In this document: positions 61,808 to 64,000 of the stretch, one piece after another
Layout: each line of letters starts with the position of its first letter
Position numbering within the stretch: position 1 is the first letter of the stretch
Source of the DNA: a virus
DNA: 64,000 bases
Virus record (IMG/VR): IMGVR_UViG_3300037511_000246
Span: 2,550 to 66,549 of that record
Direction: 5' to 3' (one strand)
Position numbers and translations under genes: made by a program
The notes under the pieces: generated by a model
Told to the model about the DNA's origin: nothing
Databases searched by the model: none
What the model saw: the letters and a program-made list of their open reading frames with translations, nothing else

Positions 61808-63915
61808 GTCCGAACCTTCCCGCCGAACTTCTTCGCATGCGTTGTGTAGTGCTCAGCCCATTCACGATTCTTCTTGCTGTCCCATTTGTCCTTGTTGAAC
61901 AGGCAGTACAGCCACATCGCCTTCGAGGTAGCGCTCACGCGCACCTGTCGGCGCTCTATGTTCGCGTCGTTCAACATCCTTCCCAGACGCTGTATGGTGA
62001 CGTTGAAGCGATACTTGGGGTACAGCCGCTCGAACAGCCGCAGCAGGTCCTCGGCGCGATAGAGATGCAGGTCTGGCAAATGGCCGTCCACCATCATCAA
62101 CATCTCCGCGTCTGTCCGCACTCTATCAACAAACTCGCCAAGCTGATCCTTGCCAAGCCCGACCAGTCCGGCCTTCCACTCCGTCTTCATGACGTCTGCC
62201 TTCGGATTGAAGTCTCCCACGTCTACCTCGTTCAACAGGTAGTGCAGTATGTGTGCAGGGCCATCACCTCGCCGCACGTACTCGTCCAGTTCGTCGTACA
62301 CTGTCTGGTCGAGCTTCTCGGTCGGCGCCTCAATCACGAAGATGCGACGGTCGTTCTTGTCGATGATCAGAGCGTCGCTGTGGTTCGACGTGAAGTAGTA
62401 GTTGCAGTGGTCAACGTAGTCGACCTCTGGCTGAAATTTCTCGTTCACTGACACGGTATCGCGCGTTATCATGTCGTTGACCGCGCCCATCAGTGCCTTG
62501 CGATCGGCGAAGTCAGACAGGTAGATCTCGTTCGTCACCACCATCTGGCTGCGACCCGCATAGGTGTTGTACACGCCATTCAAAGAAGCGTTCTTTAGAC
62601 GCTTGAAATTCTCTTTCCCGTATATGTACTCCATCACTGGATCCACCGCAAAGGTCTTACCTATGCCTTGCTTGGCACCATAGACGAATACTGCCTGAAA
62701 GAGCTTCGCTCCCGGATGCTGTACAGGGTACGCCAGCCATTTGAGAAACCACTCGACGTACTCCGGCTTCCGGAAGATGTAGTGAACGAGATCGAGCCAC
62801 ATGGCAGGCTTCTGCTTCTTGGGTCGCACCACTGTCGGCTTCCACAGGTTCATGTCGTTGTCTTCCGTCATCTCCGGCGCACCCGGCTCATATATCACGC
62901 TCTTGACGGAACGCCTATGCTGCGACTTTCCCCATAAGTCGATTACCAGCGCTGTCTGCTTCGGGCCGATCATCTCCTCGCCCTCATTCATGAACGTCTC
63001 GCGTGCATGATAGAAGCTGCGAAAGAACTTCCGCGCCTTGATATCGAAGAACCGCATCTCGTCTTCTACATAGCAGATCTTGTCGTTGAGAGCATTGATG
63101 CGACTATTGGCCCTGTACTCCTGTCGCGGCAAGTCTGCAAACGCTTCCGCGCCGTGCTCTATCAGGTAATCATCAAGGCCCGTCTTGGGGCCTGCGGTCT
63201 CCGCGTCGAGCATCACGAAGCTGATGGACTTGGGCGAGTACTCTTTTGTGAGTGTGAGCGCCAGCCCTGTAAGAGCGTCGCGCACTTCGGACTTGAGCAT
63301 GACGTCTGCGTCATAGCAGATCTCCACTTCCCTGTCCGCCCATTTGAATTGAGTGAGCTCTGGGATGAGATCCCAAAGCCTCTTCTGCGACTTGTATCCG
63401 TACACGCCACCGAGCGCTATGCATGGAATGCCGAGCTTGCATGCCAGCGCCGCCTTCTTCTCGCCCTCAGTGATGAGGATCTTCTGCTCGATGTCTCCCG
63501 CCACCTTCTTCCAGTTCAGGTAGGGAGCAAGGTACACATGTGGACTTGAGTTTGAGGGCTGTGAATAACGGAAGCTTCCGCCCTTCTTGGTAAAGCCTCC
63601 CTTCTTCGATTCCAGAAAGCGTACTCTGGAATACGAGATCTTCTTCCCTGAGAAGTCAAAGTACGGAATCCGATAACTGGATCGTGGTTCACCAACATAG
63701 GAATCCGTCTCGTCGCGCGAGAGTACTTCCAGTTGGAGTTTCCTGAAATCCTTCTCGGTCAAAGAACTCCGCTTTAGATCCTCCAATGCTGCTTCTAGCA
63801 GTTCATCACGGTCTACACTGTTGGTATCCCTACCTTTTGTCTTTCCACCCTTGCGCTTCTCAGACTTCCGGATTCCGTGTTCCGGCTTCTTTGCTTTCTT
63901 TTTTCCAAACGACAC
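61804..63915 (-). CDS. primase-helicase (Toprim primase domain + D5/P4-like SF3 helicase P-loop)
   Basis: 'ILITEGEKKAALACKLGIPCIALGGVYGY' (Toprim) and 'VYGAKQGIGKT' Walker A with a downstream D5-like region. 703 aa. Confidence 0.75.
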   Translation of the reverse strand: MSFGKKKAKKPEHGIRKSEKRKGGKTKGRDTNSVDRDELLEAALEDLKRSSLTEKDFRKLQLEVLSRDETDSYVGEPRSSYRIPYFDFSGKKISYSRVRFLESKKGGFTKKGGSFRYSQPSNSSPHVYLAPYLNWKKVAGDIEQKILITEGEKKAALACKLGIPCIALGGVYGYKSQKRLWDLIPELTQFKWADREVEICYDADVMLKSEVRDALTGLALTLTKEYSPKSISFVMLDAETAGPKTGLDDYLIEHGAEAFADLPRQEYRANSRINALNDKICYVEDEMRFFDIKARKFFRSFYHARETFMNEGEEMIGPKQTALVIDLWGKSQHRRSVKSVIYEPGAPEMTEDNDMNLWKPTVVRPKKQKPAMWLDLVHYIFRKPEYVEWFLKWLAYPVQHPGAKLFQAVFVYGAKQGIGKTFAVDPVMEYIYGKENFKRLKNASLNGVYNTYAGRSQMVVTNEIYLSDFADRKALMGAVNDMITRDTVSVNEKFQPEVDYVDHCNYYFTSNHSDALIIDKNDRRIFVIEAPTEKLDQTVYDELDEYVRRGDGPAHILHYLLNEVDVGDFNPKADVMKTEWKAGLVGLGKDQLGEFVDRVRTDAEMLMMVDGHLPDLHLYRAEDLLRLFERLYPKYRFNVTIQRLGRMLNDANIERRQVRVSATSKAMWLYCLFNKDKWDSKKNREWAEHYTTHAKKFGGKVRT

Positions 63916-64000
63916 AACATAGCCTCCATCGATGAGCAGTCAGGGTCACGAAGGTGTGTGGCCCGTGGTCTGTCAGCGCTGCGCATGTGGAGGATTACAG

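Noticed and set aside
1-64000. tRNA genes, integrase/transposase, attachment sites
   Set aside because: No T-loop/anticodon-arm tRNA-like structures, no tyrosine/serine recombinase or DDE transposase motifs, and no flanking direct repeats were recognisable. The window looks like contiguous phage DNA without host flanks.

Overview
This window reads as one continuous stretch of a tailed dsDNA phage or prophage genome with HK97-fold head genes; no host flanks are visible. 

Plus strand, 1-26355: a late operon. It runs terminase large subunit (C-terminal part), prohead protease, major capsid protein and portal, then a repeat-containing head-associated protein and a gp6-like connector. An inserted cassette of six sugar/methyl-transfer enzymes follows (Maf/DUF115-like, FkbM methyltransferase, class I SAM methyltransferase, two paralogous DxD glycosyltransferase-like proteins, GT2). 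After it come a gp7-like head closure protein, a gp10-like tail protein, tail terminator, major tail protein, the G/GT chaperone pair (apparent -2/+1 frameshift), tape measure and a GTA-like distal tail set (DUF2460, DUF2163/BR0599, NlpC/P60 peptidase, a 1383-aa J-like host-specificity protein with a ~300-aa Gly-rich tract). The operon ends with a DUF2793 protein, candidate lysis genes (membrane protein, M15-like peptidase with N-terminal anchor, membrane/secreted proteins) and a bidirectional rho-independent terminator near 26.4 kb. 

Minus strand, 26412-63915: a convergent early/DNA-metabolism arm. It contains a Toprim/SF3 primase-helicase, family A DNA polymerase, ATP-dependent DNA ligase, SNF2 helicase with VRR-NUC, a Cas4/RecB-like Fe-S nuclease, a DEDDh exonuclease, a CobS-like AAA+ ATPase, an SPFH protein, a UDG-superfamily protein, a MazG-like pyrophosphatase, a NADAR plus DUF4326 pair and a LuxR regulator. 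There are also two very large proteins with alternating poly-acidic and poly-basic low-complexity tails. 

The most notable element is a tight cluster at 27.9-33.1 kb on the minus strand. It holds an HD phosphohydrolase, a thymidylate-synthase-family enzyme (Asn at the pyrimidine-specificity position), a sugar-1-P nucleotidyltransferase, a HAD phosphatase, an APH/anomeric-sugar-kinase-like kinase and two paralogous GT-A glycosyltransferases. Its most economical reading is a self-contained pathway for hydroxymethyl-pyrimidine formation plus NDP-sugar synthesis plus DNA glycosylation, i.e. genomic DNA hypermodification. A separate, C-terminally truncated UDP-glucose-dehydrogenase-like gene lies at 56.1-57.0 kb. 

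Regulatory signals seen directly: two GC-rich intergenic islands share a TTGCAA-N17/18-(TATAAT/TACCGT) promoter-like element with a palindromic CGCAATGCG core in the spacer, and a 25-nt leader is repeated identically upstream of three minus-strand genes. No tRNA, CRISPR or transposase was found.
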